From Gemmatimonadales bacterium (GTDB lineage: Bacteria > Gemmatimonadota > Gemmatimonadetes > Gemmatimonadales > GWC2-71-9): a stretch of DNA of 64,000 nt. How positions within the stretch are numbered: position 1 is the stretch's first letter; every line of letters begins with the position of its first letter. This document shows, one piece after another, positions 38,406-50,000 of this stretch. Below the pieces are notes generated by a model, which was given only the letters and a program-made list of their open reading frames with translations, made no database searches and was not told the DNA's origin. The position numbers and the translations under genes were made by a program. The stretch is from assembly GCA_965249575.1 (NCBI GenBank), contig OZ252244.1, positions 544,001 through 608,000 on the forward strand. The letters run 5' to 3'.

Positions 38406-38849
38406 ATGGATGTGATACTGAGAGAAGATATCGCCAAGCTCGGACGCACCGGTGAAGTCGTCCGGGTCAAGGATGGGTACGCCCGGAACTACCTTCTCCC
38501 TCGGGGTCTGGCATATCATGCTACCGAAGGCAATCGGCGCCGTCTCCAAGTGGAAGCCACGCAATCCCTGGTGAAGGCGGCAGGTGAGCGTTCGTCGGCC
38601 GAAGAGTTCGCGCGCCAGATCGAAGCCCAATCCCTCACCTTTGCCGCGAAGGCGGGCGAGGGGGACAAGCTCTTTGGATCGATCACGGCCGGCGATATCG
38701 GCGAGAAGCTCGCCGAGCTTGGCTTTACGATCGATAAGCGGGTCATCGAGCTGGAAGAACCCCTCAAGCTGATCGGTGGGTACACAGTCCCGGTGCGGGT
38801 TCACCAGGAGGTCAAAGCCCAACTGCGAGTGTGGGTCGTGAAGGAGTAG
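38406..38849 (+). CDS. rplI: 50S ribosomal protein L9
   Basis: MDVIL..LG..GEVVRVKDGYARNYLLP; KLFGSIT. Confidence 0.98.
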   Translation: MDVILREDIAKLGRTGEVVRVKDGYARNYLLPRGLAYHATEGNRRRLQVEATQSLVKAAGERSSAEEFARQIEAQSLTFAAKAGEGDKLFGSITAGDIGEKLAELGFTIDKRVIELEEPLKLIGGYTVPVRVHQEVKAQLRVWVVKE

Positions 38850-38850
38850 C

Positions 38851-40686
38851 GTGCCCACCGGGATAGGTATCACCTATCTCGACGGCCGCAGACTTGCCAG
38901 GAGCTTGGCGGCGGCCGCGGACTGGGTCGATGCCCTGCGGGAGGAACTCAACCGGATCAACGTCTTCCCGGTTCCTGACGGCGATACTGGAACCAACTTC
39001 GCCTCGACGCTGCGAGCGGTCGCCGACGCCGTGAGCGCGCCCGGGCACCGGCCGCTACAAGTAATCTCACAGACGGTTGCCGAAGCCGGCATCCTGGCCG
39101 CCCGCGGCAATTCCGGTCTCCTCTTCTCCGAATTCCTATCTGGCTTTCAGGATGGATTGGGCGGCGTCCAGCGCGCCACCACCGACCACGTGGCTGCGGC
39201 CATGCGCGTGGGAGCAGACCGCCTGGCGGCTGCGTTGGATGAGCCGGTCGAGGGAACGATCCTCACGCTGGCCCGAGAGACAGCCATCGCGGCTGAGCGC
39301 TCCGCGCGGGCAACGAAGAATTTTGAAGTCCTCCTATCCGAGGTGGTGCGGCACGCGAAACGTTCTCTCGAACAGACACCCGAGCTGCTCCCCTCGCTCA
39401 AGGAGGCGGGGGTCGTAGATGCCGGAGCTAAAGCATTCGTGCGAACGCTCGAGGGCATTCTCCGACTCATGAAGGGCCAGCCAGTCGCCGATACAGCGCA
39501 GCCGGCAGTGGGTGAGACCCACGATGCCGCGGCGGTGGCGCGGGTGTCGGCGAACCGCGACTATCGTTTCTGCACGCAGGTGTTAGTGCGCGGAGAAGGC
39601 CTGCCCGAGACCGCCGCCGTTCGAGCAGCGCTGCGGGATCTGGGAGGGTCGGTTGTGGCGCTGGGAGGGCGCGAGCTCCTCAAGCTCCACATCCACACCG
39701 ATACACCCGAGCGCGTCTTCGAGCTCGCCTCAACGTGGGGGGAAGTGGAGTCGCGGAGCGCCGAAGACGTTCGTGAGCAGCATCGGATGCGCCACCAAGC
39801 ACTCCGGACCCTCACGGTAGTCGTGGATTCCTCGTGCGATCTGCCACAGTCGCTCGTCGACCGATATGGAGTACTCGTAGTTCCCCTTCAAATCATCGCG
39901 GGCAACCGAACCTATCAGGACGGAGTGGATCTGAAGCGCGGGCAGGTGTACGAACTGATGCGCGACGCGGGAACTCCGGTGACGACGTCGCAGCCCCCGC
40001 CCGGAGCCTTCGCGAACGCGTACCGGGAAGGGCTGGGGACCGCGCAGGAGGTGTTATGCCTAACCCTCGCATCGGCTCTGTCGGGTACGTTCAGCTCGGC
40101 CCAGGCAGCCGCACGTGTGCACGGCGGATCGGGCATTACCGTGGTGGACTCGAGGAGCGGGTCCCTGGGGCTGGGGCTACTCGCCCTTCGTGCCGTCGAG
40201 CTTGCCGACCGTGGTCTCGAGCCAGCGGCGATCTGCGCTGATCTGGAGCGCACGCGCGCCCGTTCCGGAGGTCTCTTCACGGTCGACACGTTTGAGAACC
40301 TGCTCCGATCTGGGCGCGTGTCCCGCAGCCGGGCATGGCTCGGGAGCTTGCTCGACCTCAAGCCGATCCTGGAAATCGATCAGCGCGGTCGGGTCGTGCC
40401 GCTAGATCGCGTGCGGGGCCAAACGGCTCTCCTCCCGCGGGTGCTCGATCATCTCGAGCGGCGTCTCACACCCGGGGTGCGCCACCTCCGGTTCGGCGTG
40501 ACCCACGCCAACGCCGAGAAGACGGCACACGAGGTCGCGGCGGCTCTGGTCGCGCGATTCAGCCCAGCCGCCTGCGTGGTAGCCCCCGTTACGGCGACAA
40601 TCGGAGTGCATACGGGTCCTGGTGCCTGGAGTATCTTCTATCAGGAGGAAGACGATTCACTCGAAGCGGCCGAAACACCGCGCTAG
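38851..40686 (+). CDS. DAK2 (FakA-like) - DegV (FakB-like) fusion, putative fatty acid kinase
   Basis: NRINVFPVPDGDTGTN, ARGNSG, PVEGTIL, GVVDAG; then VDSSCDL, TSQP, LSGT, GRVS, LKPIL, GVHTGPG. Confidence 0.9.
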   Translation: MPTGIGITYLDGRRLARSLAAAADWVDALREELNRINVFPVPDGDTGTNFASTLRAVADAVSAPGHRPLQVISQTVAEAGILAARGNSGLLFSEFLSGFQDGLGGVQRATTDHVAAAMRVGADRLAAALDEPVEGTILTLARETAIAAERSARATKNFEVLLSEVVRHAKRSLEQTPELLPSLKEAGVVDAGAKAFVRTLEGILRLMKGQPVADTAQPAVGETHDAAAVARVSANRDYRFCTQVLVRGEGLPETAAVRAALRDLGGSVVALGGRELLKLHIHTDTPERVFELASTWGEVESRSAEDVREQHRMRHQALRTLTVVVDSSCDLPQSLVDRYGVLVVPLQIIAGNRTYQDGVDLKRGQVYELMRDAGTPVTTSQPPPGAFANAYREGLGTAQEVLCLTLASALSGTFSSAQAAARVHGGSGITVVDSRSGSLGLGLLALRAVELADRGLEPAAICADLERTRARSGGLFTVDTFENLLRSGRVSRSRAWLGSLLDLKPILEIDQRGRVVPLDRVRGQTALLPRVLDHLERRLTPGVRHLRFGVTHANAEKTAHEVAAALVARFSPAACVVAPVTATIGVHTGPGAWSIFYQEEDDSLEAAETPR

Positions 40687-40700
40687 CCCGCGGCTCCACG

Positions 40701-41066
40701 ATGGGTAAGACCCGCTGGGAATTCCCCAATGAGATCCGGCTGGTGCTCGAGGTGCTCGAGGAGCACCGGGCGGCCGACGTCACCGTCCTGGACTTGCGGG
40801 AGCTGAGCGACGCCACGGATTATTTCATAATCGCAACCGGCTCCTCGGACACGCACGTCCGTGCACTCACCGAGCGACTCGCGGAAACGCTAAAGAAGAT
40901 GGGCGCGCAACCGCACCACATCGAGGGATTGCAGGCTGGACGGTGGGTACTGCTAGATTTCGTCGATTTCGTGATACACGTGTTTCATCCCACCCTGCGG
41001 GAGTTCTACCAGTTGGAGCGGCTGTGGTCCGACGCCCCGTCGTTGGTATCCAGCGGGGGCGTTTGA
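40701..41066 (+). CDS. rsfS: Ribosome silencing factor
   Basis: DVTVLDL, DYFIIATG.S, WVLLDF.DFVIHVF, REFYQLERLW. Confidence 0.95.
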   Translation: MGKTRWEFPNEIRLVLEVLEEHRAADVTVLDLRELSDATDYFIIATGSSDTHVRALTERLAETLKKMGAQPHHIEGLQAGRWVLLDFVDFVIHVFHPTLREFYQLERLWSDAPSLVSSGGV

Positions 41067-44000
41067 CGGTGCTGCATCGGGCAATGCTTGTGGTCGGGCT
41101 CGCGGCGACCCTGCCGGGTGGCGTCGAGGCCCAGTATTTCGGCCAGAACAAGGTTCAGTACCGCCACATGGATTTCTCGGTCATCGCGACCGAACACTTC
41201 GACATCCACTACTACGATGGCCACCGTCAGGCGGCAATTGACGCGGCCCGGATGGCCGAACGGGCCTACGCCCGACTCTCGCACATCCTCAATCACGAAT
41301 ACCGCCAGCGACAACCGATCATCCTGTACGGATCCCACACGGAGTTCCAGCAGAACAACGTCACCGACATCGCCGAGGGCACCGGCGGAGTCACGGATCC
41401 GTTCCGCCACCGCGTCATGCTCCCGTTTACAGGATCGGCGAACGACTTCGAGCATGTGTTGCAACACGAAATCGTGCACCAGTTCCAGTTCGACGTGTTC
41501 GCGCGCGGACGGATCGGGGCGGGCATCCAGCGGCTGATATCGGTCAATCCTCCGCTCTGGCTCATGGAGGGCATGGCCGAATACCTCTCGCTCGGGGCAA
41601 TCGACGCCAATACGGCCATGTGGTTGCGGGATGCGGCGCTCGAGGGACGGCTACCGACCATCGAACAACTCACGTATGACCCCCGGGTGTTCCCTTATCG
41701 GTTCGGTCACGGCCTGTTAGCGCACATCGGTTCCCGGTGGGGGGACGAAGCAATCGGTGAGATCCTTCACGCCGTCGCCGCTTCGGGAGTCGAACAGGGA
41801 CTGCAGCGCGCCCTCGGGATGTCGCTGGAAGAGCTCTCAGAAGAATGGCGAACGGCGGTCCAGCGAGCATACCTCCCGGAAATCGCCGATCGCCAGCGGC
41901 CCCGCGAGTTCGGGCGACCGGTGCTCACGCGGCGCCGTTCCAGCGGCACGCTGCACGTATCGCCCGCCTTGTCCCCTGATGGCAGTGAGATCGCCTATTT
42001 CTCGGAGGGGAAGTCCTTCTTCGTCGATCTCTACGTCGCCGACGCCGAGACCGGCAAGGTGCGCCGGCGCCTGGTGAAGAGCGCATTCAGTACCGACTTC
42101 GAGAGCGTACGGTTCTTGAATTCGTCCGGCACGTGGTCGCGGGACGGCAAGTACTTCGCTATCGCCGCCAAGCGGGGTGGCCGGGACGACCTCGTGATTT
42201 TCGACATGAAACGCTATCGGGTCCACCGCCGGATCGAGGTGCCGCTGGCTGGCCTAACGAATCCTTCGTGGTCCCCCGACGGAACCCGCCTCGTGTTCAC
42301 CGGCTATGACGGGGGACTGTCCGACCTGTACATCATCAATGTCGACGGCACCGGCATCTCGCGACTCACCCACGACCGGTTCGCAGATCTGCATCCGGTC
42401 TGGTCGCCCAACGGAATGACGATCGCGTTTGCCACCGATCGTGGGGATGATAGTGATCTCGAGAGCCTCAAGTTTGGCTCATTGAAGGTCGCCCTCTACA
42501 GCATTCGCTCCGGACGTATCGACGTATTGCCATCTATGCAGGGGGCCAACAGCAACCCTCAGTGGGGGCCCGACGGCCGGACGATCGCCTACCTCTCCGA
42601 TCGGACGGGCGTTCGAAACGTGTTTCTCCACGACCTCAATGAGGCTGTCGATTACCAGCTCACCGACGTCTTCACGGGTATAGCGGGCATCACACCGCTT
42701 TCCCCCGCCCTTTCATGGGCGATCGAAGCCGACAGGCTGGCCTTCTCCCACTACGAGCGCGGGCGATACAACGTCTACGCAGTCGACAACCCCCGCTCGC
42801 TCCGGCGCCAGCCATACCGCAACGCGGACCCAGCGCCGATCGTCGTAGCGTCGGCGTCGCAGACCACAGACGCCGTCGCGCGCGCTGCCTCTCCTCCCAT
42901 GCAACCGGCGAACCCGGATCGGCCCAAACGCTCTCTCGTGGCCGAAGCGGCCTCCTACTATCGCTTTTCGGGAGGCTTTCGCGCGTCCGAGGTGGTGCCG
43001 GCGGACGGGCGAACCGAACATCCGGTATCAGTAATGCGGCTCTTGGACAGCGCGAACTTGGCGCTGCCGGATACGAACGAGTTCATCTTCCGAACGTATG
43101 CCGCGAAACTCAGCCCCGACTACGTCGTGCGCCCGACCGTTGGATACGCGCGCGACAACTTCGGCAGCGGCGTGTTCGGCGGAACCGCGATCTCGCTGTC
43201 AGACATCCTGGGTAACCACCGCATGGTGCTCGCCGGGCAGGTCAACGGGAGAATAGATGAAGCGCAGGTGCTCGGGGCATACGCGAATCTGAGCCGCCGG
43301 ACCAATTGGGCGGCCGGCATCCAACAGGATCCCATTTTCTTCTATTCTGGCAGCGGCTTTGGATCTGATGCGCAGGGCAATCCCGCCTTCACCACGCGCC
43401 TCGAGCGATTTGTGGTGCGCCAGGCATTCATCGAAGCCTTCCGGCCTTTTAACCGTTTCCGGAGAATCGAGTTCGGGATGAAAGCCGTGAACGTCGATCG
43501 AGCACTCCAGACATTTGAAGAAGCCTACGATCCCGTATCCGGCCTGATCTACGATGCGAGGCTCGACGTGCAGGGCCTTGGAAGCAACAGCTACATCCAG
43601 CCGACCATCGCCATGGTTTTCGACAACTCACTGTCCCTGTACGTCGGTCCGTTCGCCGGCCGGCGCAGCCGATTCGAGTATTCGCCGGCGTACGGCCAGT
43701 GGCGCTTCCACCAGTTCTTGGGCGATTATCGGCGGTACGACCGCCTCCTGGGACCGTTCACGCTCGCTACGCGGCTCCTCTTCTTCGGAAGGTTCGGCCG
43801 AGACAGCGAGCAGTTCCCGCTGTTCCTGGGTCGGCCAGAGCTGGTGCGTGGGTACACGGCGGGTTCCTTCCGTCGGAACGAGTGTCGGGCGAGCAGCCCC
43901 GCTACGCTGTCTTCGTGCGGCGCGCTGGATCAACTGAGCGGCTCGAGAGTAGCGGTGGCCAACGCCGAACTTCGCTTTCCGCTCCTGCGGCAAGCTGCGC

Positions 44001-44266
44001 TGGGGTTTCTGCCCATCGGTTTCCCTCCGATAGAGGGCGCCTTCTTCTTCGATGCGGGTCTCGCGTGGCGGGCAGGTGTGGACTTGGTGTGGGACCGTTC
44101 GACGGGTCAAGACCCCCGCGCGGTTCGGCAGCCGCTCAAGAGCTGGGGTTTTTCGGTGAGGGCCAATATTCTAGGCTTCGTGATCCTCCGCGCCGATTAC
44201 GCGAAGCCGCTCGATCGGAAAGGCCAGGGATCGTATTGGACTCTCAGCCTGGGCCCGACCTTCTAG
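41063..44266 (+). CDS. Omp85-family protein with N-terminal HExxH (MA-like) peptidase domain and TolB/PD40 propeller
   Basis: QYFGQNKVQY, HEIVH...EGMAEY, P.WSPDG repeats, VRGY, ANAELRFP, FFDAG, C-terminal LGPTF. Confidence 0.85.
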   Translation: MTVLHRAMLVVGLAATLPGGVEAQYFGQNKVQYRHMDFSVIATEHFDIHYYDGHRQAAIDAARMAERAYARLSHILNHEYRQRQPIILYGSHTEFQQNNVTDIAEGTGGVTDPFRHRVMLPFTGSANDFEHVLQHEIVHQFQFDVFARGRIGAGIQRLISVNPPLWLMEGMAEYLSLGAIDANTAMWLRDAALEGRLPTIEQLTYDPRVFPYRFGHGLLAHIGSRWGDEAIGEILHAVAASGVEQGLQRALGMSLEELSEEWRTAVQRAYLPEIADRQRPREFGRPVLTRRRSSGTLHVSPALSPDGSEIAYFSEGKSFFVDLYVADAETGKVRRRLVKSAFSTDFESVRFLNSSGTWSRDGKYFAIAAKRGGRDDLVIFDMKRYRVHRRIEVPLAGLTNPSWSPDGTRLVFTGYDGGLSDLYIINVDGTGISRLTHDRFADLHPVWSPNGMTIAFATDRGDDSDLESLKFGSLKVALYSIRSGRIDVLPSMQGANSNPQWGPDGRTIAYLSDRTGVRNVFLHDLNEAVDYQLTDVFTGIAGITPLSPALSWAIEADRLAFSHYERGRYNVYAVDNPRSLRRQPYRNADPAPIVVASASQTTDAVARAASPPMQPANPDRPKRSLVAEAASYYRFSGGFRASEVVPADGRTEHPVSVMRLLDSANLALPDTNEFIFRTYAAKLSPDYVVRPTVGYARDNFGSGVFGGTAISLSDILGNHRMVLAGQVNGRIDEAQVLGAYANLSRRTNWAAGIQQDPIFFYSGSGFGSDAQGNPAFTTRLERFVVRQAFIEAFRPFNRFRRIEFGMKAVNVDRALQTFEEAYDPVSGLIYDARLDVQGLGSNSYIQPTIAMVFDNSLSLYVGPFAGRRSRFEYSPAYGQWRFHQFLGDYRRYDRLLGPFTLATRLLFFGRFGRDSEQFPLFLGRPELVRGYTAGSFRRNECRASSPATLSSCGALDQLSGSRVAVANAELRFPLLRQAALGFLPIGFPPIEGAFFFDAGLAWRAGVDLVWDRSTGQDPRAVRQPLKSWGFSVRANILGFVILRADYAKPLDRKGQGSYWTLSLGPTF

Positions 44267-44345
44267 CGCGGAGCGGCGGCTGACTCCCCCGCTCAGGGCC
44301 CTCATCCCGCTTGATTTGTCCCGCCGCCGCGCTAAGTATTCATTC

Positions 44346-45740
44346 GTGAGACGCTATGAATGGGTCGCCGCCACTCCCTTCCTTGCAGTCGTGCTCCTCG
44401 CTTGCGGTTCCACCCCCGCGTCCAATCCCGTCAGGGAAGCGTTCGCCGAGCGGCCGGCGGCGCGCGAGTACGGGACGCCGGTCGCCTTTCGTTTTCCGGT
44501 CTCCGCAAGGGGCTCCATCAGCGTCCACCTGCTACCAGGACTCCAGGAGTTGTCGTGGCGGCTCGAGGCGCCCGGGCTGGCAATCGACCGGGTGCCTGGG
44601 TTTAGCATGGACGAGGATGAGGTTTACCTCCTGAGCCCAGGGGGAGAACTCTTCGCGCTCGACCTCATGACTGGCCGTCCGAGAACCGTTGACACCGTTG
44701 TTTCGTTGGCGGCACTGGGACCCACCGGTACTCCACACCTCGTGCGGCTCGACAGAACGATCGCATCCGTCCAGAACCGCCGCCCTGTTTCGTGGACCGA
44801 TACACTCGCGGCTCATCCTGACGCAATCTGGGGCGCCGGGCGCGGCCGCCTCCTGGCCGAGGTTCGGGACGAAGAACGGTCAATGTTCGTGTTGAGCGCC
44901 AACCAGGAACCGGTCCGCATCGCTCTGCCGGACGGATTGCTTGCCACATCGATGTGGGGCGACGTGATCGCTATCGGCACCGATTCCGGGCCTCTCTTGA
45001 TCGATCCGGCCGCGGCGGCCGAGCCGGTCCACGTCCGAACCGAGCGGCCTGTTACGGCACTGGCCTTTTCACCATCGGCCCACCGCATCTACGTGATCGA
45101 GGCGGGTGGCCACCTGGCGGACGTCGACCGGTTCGGGGGACGAGTCCTCTCTCGCATTCAATTACCCGGCGAGGCGGATGCAATTCGGGCAGACCCGATG
45201 GGACGACTCCTCTTGGTCAAGCAGTCGTTCGCTGAGACGATCTGGATCGTGCGCATCACGGAGCTGTGCGTGGAGGCGTCGGTATCGGGTTCTTGGGCGG
45301 CGGACCTCCCCGCCGTGGCGACGGACGGCACGGTCCTGCTTCGCCAGGGTGATGATATCGTGGCCCTCGCGTTGGATTCGCTGCAACCGACCGGACGCGT
45401 GTCCGGGGGCGCAGGAGACCGCTGGCTGGCAGTGGCGTGGGACCCAAGGCGCCCGATTCTCGATTTAGCCGAAGGCGACGACGACGCCGAAGTGCTGACA
45501 GAGCTGGAAATCTACGTGCAGCTGAGCAGTACCAGTAACGAGGCGTGGGCCGAGGATGCCGCAAGGGGTCTCCGGCAAGCCGGCATGAACGCCACGGTCC
45601 TCAGGTCCGAATTCCCCGACGACGGGTACCGAGTCGTGCTCGGCCCCTATCCGACGCGCGAGGCGGCCGAAGATATCGGCCGAAAGCTCGGGCGACCGTA
45701 TTGGATCTTCACACGCGAAGCCGGCCCATCCGTGCCATGA
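44346..45740 (+). CDS. Lipoprotein with beta-propeller and C-terminal SPOR domain
   Basis: LLAC lipobox; YVQL...YRVVLGPYPTREAAE SPOR motif. Confidence 0.8.
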   Translation: MRRYEWVAATPFLAVVLLACGSTPASNPVREAFAERPAAREYGTPVAFRFPVSARGSISVHLLPGLQELSWRLEAPGLAIDRVPGFSMDEDEVYLLSPGGELFALDLMTGRPRTVDTVVSLAALGPTGTPHLVRLDRTIASVQNRRPVSWTDTLAAHPDAIWGAGRGRLLAEVRDEERSMFVLSANQEPVRIALPDGLLATSMWGDVIAIGTDSGPLLIDPAAAAEPVHVRTERPVTALAFSPSAHRIYVIEAGGHLADVDRFGGRVLSRIQLPGEADAIRADPMGRLLLVKQSFAETIWIVRITELCVEASVSGSWAADLPAVATDGTVLLRQGDDIVALALDSLQPTGRVSGGAGDRWLAVAWDPRRPILDLAEGDDDAEVLTELEIYVQLSSTSNEAWAEDAARGLRQAGMNATVLRSEFPDDGYRVVLGPYPTREAAEDIGRKLGRPYWIFTREAGPSVP

Positions 45741-47060
45741 CCACTCGGGAGCTGACCCGGGCCCAGCTCCCCAAACTCGCCTCCTGGCTTCTCGTGGACG
45801 CCAACACCGTGGTCCTCATCCCAGCAACGGAAGACGCCGGATGGGCAGCCAGCGCGGCCTGGGACTTCGCTCGGGCCGCGGTGTCGGGCGCACGGCGCGT
45901 CGTGTTGGTGGATCTGAGCGTCGAAGACCCAATGTTGGATCGCGGAGCCCGAACCAGCGGGCCCGAGGGCATCGTCGATGCCTTCATCTACGGCGCCTCC
46001 TTGAGTTACGTAGCTCAGGAGCAGGAAGTCCCGGGCCTCCACTATATCGGTGCCGGAACCCATCCGACGGACCCGACCGAGGTGTGGAACAGCCCTCGGT
46101 GGCCACGGCTTTCCCGGGGATTTGCCAGCGAAGGCGCGCTGTTGATCCTGTTCGCGCCCCCGGCCGCGCTATCGGAGCTCACCGTGGCCCCCGACGGGCT
46201 CGTCGTGTTAGCGCCCAACGGGTACGACGCCAGTCAGGGGCAGTACCCAGAGATCGCGGACAAGATCGCACGGGGGACGCCGCTGTTGGGCATCGTAGTG
46301 GATCAGCCTCGCTCGGACGAACCAGTGTCGATACTCGGTGAATCCTTTCGCCGGTCGCGACGGATCACCTTCGGCAGGGTAAACACCAGCACGGCGATCG
46401 TCGCCTCCGCGTTGCTCGTCGGGACCGGGCTCACCGCTGTCGCCCTCTTGCGGCAACCTGACGATCCCGTGCCAGCCGACACGGTGCCCTCCGTCGCGAC
46501 GCTCGAACCGACCGCGGACATCCCACCGGCAACACAACCGACTCCGCCGCCTCCGCCCCCGCCCCAGTCAGCACGGGAGCCCGATCCGGGCGACTCGCTG
46601 TTCTACTCCGTTCAGGTAGCGGCGTTTAACACACTCCCTCGAGCGATGTCGTACGTCAGCGAGCTCGAAGAGGAGCAGTGGGTCGCACTGGCAAGTCCAG
46701 TCCGCCTGGGACATATGGTACCGCGTCTTCGTTGGAACGTTCCCCAATTCGAGCGCGGCAGATTCGACGCTACGGGCCATGTGGCGGTCGAGGCTCCTCG
46801 ACCGCCCGCAGGGAACTATTCTTCGGACGCGCAATGCGTACTTGATCGGTGAAGGCATCACCGTGGACGCCGCACGCGACCGAGCCGAGGGGCTGCGTGC
46901 GAGCGGGATTCCGGCGTACATTGTAACGGTCCCAGGGGGAGAAGCGCGGATCTACCTCGGCGCCTTCGAGGGTCCGAACCAGGCGCGCGCTGCGGACTCA
47001 CTGCTCGCCTCCGCAAGCATCACCGCCACTCTCGTTCCACGGATGGGAATCGCCCGATGA
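45737..47060 (+). CDS. Membrane protein: degenerate MinD/ParA-like N-domain, TM, Pro-rich linker, two SPOR domains; frameshift at ~46710
   Basis: RVVLVDL...GIVDAF..GASL; YSVQVAAF in frame 2, then WYRVFVG and IYLGAF in frame 0. Confidence 0.7.
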
Positions 47061-50000
47061 GGCTGACGAAGCTCCACCTGGCGGGATTCAAATCGTTTGC
47101 CGACGCGGTCGTGCTCCAGGTCGACGATGGTGTGACGGCAGTGGTCGGCCCCAATGGGTGTGGGAAATCCAACATCTCCGACGCGGTTCGCTGGGTTCTG
47201 GGTGAGCAGCGCCCCCGGGTCCTTCGCGGTGCCCGGATGGACGAGATCATCTTTCAGGGATCCGCGAAGAGGCGGCCGCAGAATCTGGCGGAGGTTTCCC
47301 TTCATTTCGATAACAGCGGAGGGGTGCTTCCGGTCGGATACGCCGAGGTCGTCGTCACCAGACGACTCTCTCGGAGCGGGCAGAGTGAGTACCTAATCAA
47401 CCAGTCGCCGGTGCGCCTCCGCGACGTGCAGGATCTGCTGCGGGGCACGGGGATCGGCAGTGACGTCGGAGCGGTGATCGAAGCCCAAATGATCGATCGG
47501 CTGCTCTCGGAGCGGGCTGAGGAACGGCGATCGCTGTTCGAGGAAGCGGCAGGCATTGGGCTCTACCGCGATCGAAAGGTCGTCACCGAGCGGAGGCTGG
47601 AGCGCACGAGCGACGACCTCCAACGGCTGGACGATCTCATTCGGGAAGTGCAGACCCAGGTGCGGTCGCTCGCCAGACAGCGGGGGCGGGCCGAGCGCCA
47701 TTCGAAGTTCACGGCGGAGCGGTTCAGCGTGGTCGCCACGCTGGTACGCCGCGACCTGTCCGATTTGGACACCCTAGAGGAAGGCCTTGCCGCGCAACGT
47801 GCCGAACTCGCCCGCAGACTGCCCCTGGCCCAGCAGGCGATCACCGCCGCGGAACGTGAACGCGAAGCGAAAAACCAGTCACGAATGACCGCGGAGGCCA
47901 AGCGCACGGAGTTGGAGCGCCGCCTGGCTCAAACGCGCGTTGACATTGGCAAGGTCGAGGGCGATCTCCACGTAGCCGAGGAGCGACTGCGCAACGCCGC
48001 CGACCGGCGGGCCCGTGCGCAACGCGAGTCCGAGGAGGCGGCGGCCCGGGCGGCGCAGGCTGGGCGCGAGCGAGATGCGGCGGCCGATGAGCGGCGCGCA
48101 GCCGAGAGCGCGCGCCAATCGCTGCAAACGGAGCTCGACCTTCGATCGGTCGGTGAGGACGAGGCGGAAAGCCGGCTTGGCAATGAGCGGAGTCTCGCGC
48201 GGGAAGCCGAGCACGCCATGCAACAGCTCGTGGAATCCGTCCGCGCTCTTGCGGGTGAGCAAACAGCCATCCAACAGGATCTGCACGATCTCGACGAGCA
48301 AGCCGCCGACGTCGCGCAACGGCAGGAGGAGACAGAGCTCGAGTGGGTCGCCGCTCGCGACCGAGTTGAGGAGATTCGCGGCGAGCTGGTCGGGAAAGAA
48401 CGCGAGGTGCACGAGGCGGCAGCCGACCTCGAGCGTGCTCGGCATGCACTGGCGTCCGCACGGGAACATGAAGCGGCCGTCGGCCTCGAGCGCCGCGCCG
48501 CCGAGGAAGCGCTGGCGCAACTCACAGCACGCCGGAGAGTACTGGAAGAGTTGGAGCGGGATCGCGCCGGGCTAGCCCCCGCGGCCCGCCGGCTCCTCGA
48601 GGCGCGGCTGGAGTTCGGGGAGGGAAACTTGCTCGGTCCGCTGAGCGACTTCCTGCATACGCAACGCGCGGATCCGTCACTCGTCGAGCGCCTCTTGGGT
48701 GACTGGTTGCACGCAGTATTGGTGCGGGATGAAGCAACTGCCCGCGCCATCGAGGACTGGCATCGGCACACTCAGCCGGGTCTCCTCGCCCTCCTTCCGA
48801 CGAGTCCCGGCCCCCCCAACGATCCCCAAGGGCGCGCGAACGCGGCTCGGCTCGGGATCACCGCCACGGAACCCGCCGACCGCTGGCTGGCTGCGCTCCT
48901 CGCCGGTGACGAAGCAATTGATGATGAGGGCAACGCAATTCGCAGGTCGAACGGCGCCATCTTCCTGGCTGGGAGCGAACGGGGAGATGGACCGTTGCTC
49001 CGGCGCGCGGAACTCGAGTCTCTAGGCACCCAGCTGGCCGAGGCGCGGCAGGGTCTCACGACCCTGGAGCAGAAAGCGAGTGAAGCTGGGCGCGTGCATC
49101 GGGAGGCGGAGGCCGCACAGGCGGCCGCGGGGGGGCGGGCGGAGCGGGCGCGCTCAGTGCAGCGTGAGACCTTGGGTACAGCGGATGACGCCGAGCGGGC
49201 CCTGCAACGAGCGGAGCGGGAGCGAAACGAGGCCCAGGGCACGCTGACACGGATCAACCATCGAATTGACGAGCGGAACCGACGCCTCCAGGAGATCGGC
49301 GAAGGGGAGCGCAACGCGGAACGCAACCGGCAGCAGATCGAATCCGAGCTAGCCACGCGCCAAGCGGCCCTCTTGGAGTTCGAAGCCGCGAAGGAGGCCG
49401 CCCGCGAACGCCGGGTGCACTGGCAGGTTGAGGAGGCGCAGGTTTCCGCCCGGGAGAGCGCCGCGAGAGCGCAGGAGCAACGAGCCGGGGAGATCGTCGC
49501 GGCCGCCCGCGATGCGATCGCGTCCCTGGAGGCCGAGATTGCCACGATCGACCGCGAACGCGAAGAGTTGACGGCCCGGAACGCCGAGTGGAGTGACCAA
49601 CTCGCAGAACGGAGACTCTCGATTCAGCAGATGGAACGCGCGGTGGCGGATGCGGAGAATACGCTGACTCGTGATGGCGAGGAGCTGGGCAAGGCCGACA
49701 CCGCGGTGGAGAACGTGCGTACCGAGGCGGCGTCGCTGAACGAGCGATCCCACAAGGTCGAATTACAAGAAGCCGAACTGTCGGGACAGCGGCGGGTGCT
49801 CGTCGAGCGGTTCGAAGCAGAATGGCACCGATCGATCGACTCGCTTGGCGAGGACACACCTATCGTCGACGGGGATGAGTCCGTCCTTCGGGAACAAGCC
49901 GACCACCTGGCGCGAGAGCTTGAGCGGATCGGCCCCGTCAATCCGTTGGCGGTCGAAGAGCACGCTGAGGAAGTCAAACGACTGGATTTTCTGACCGACC

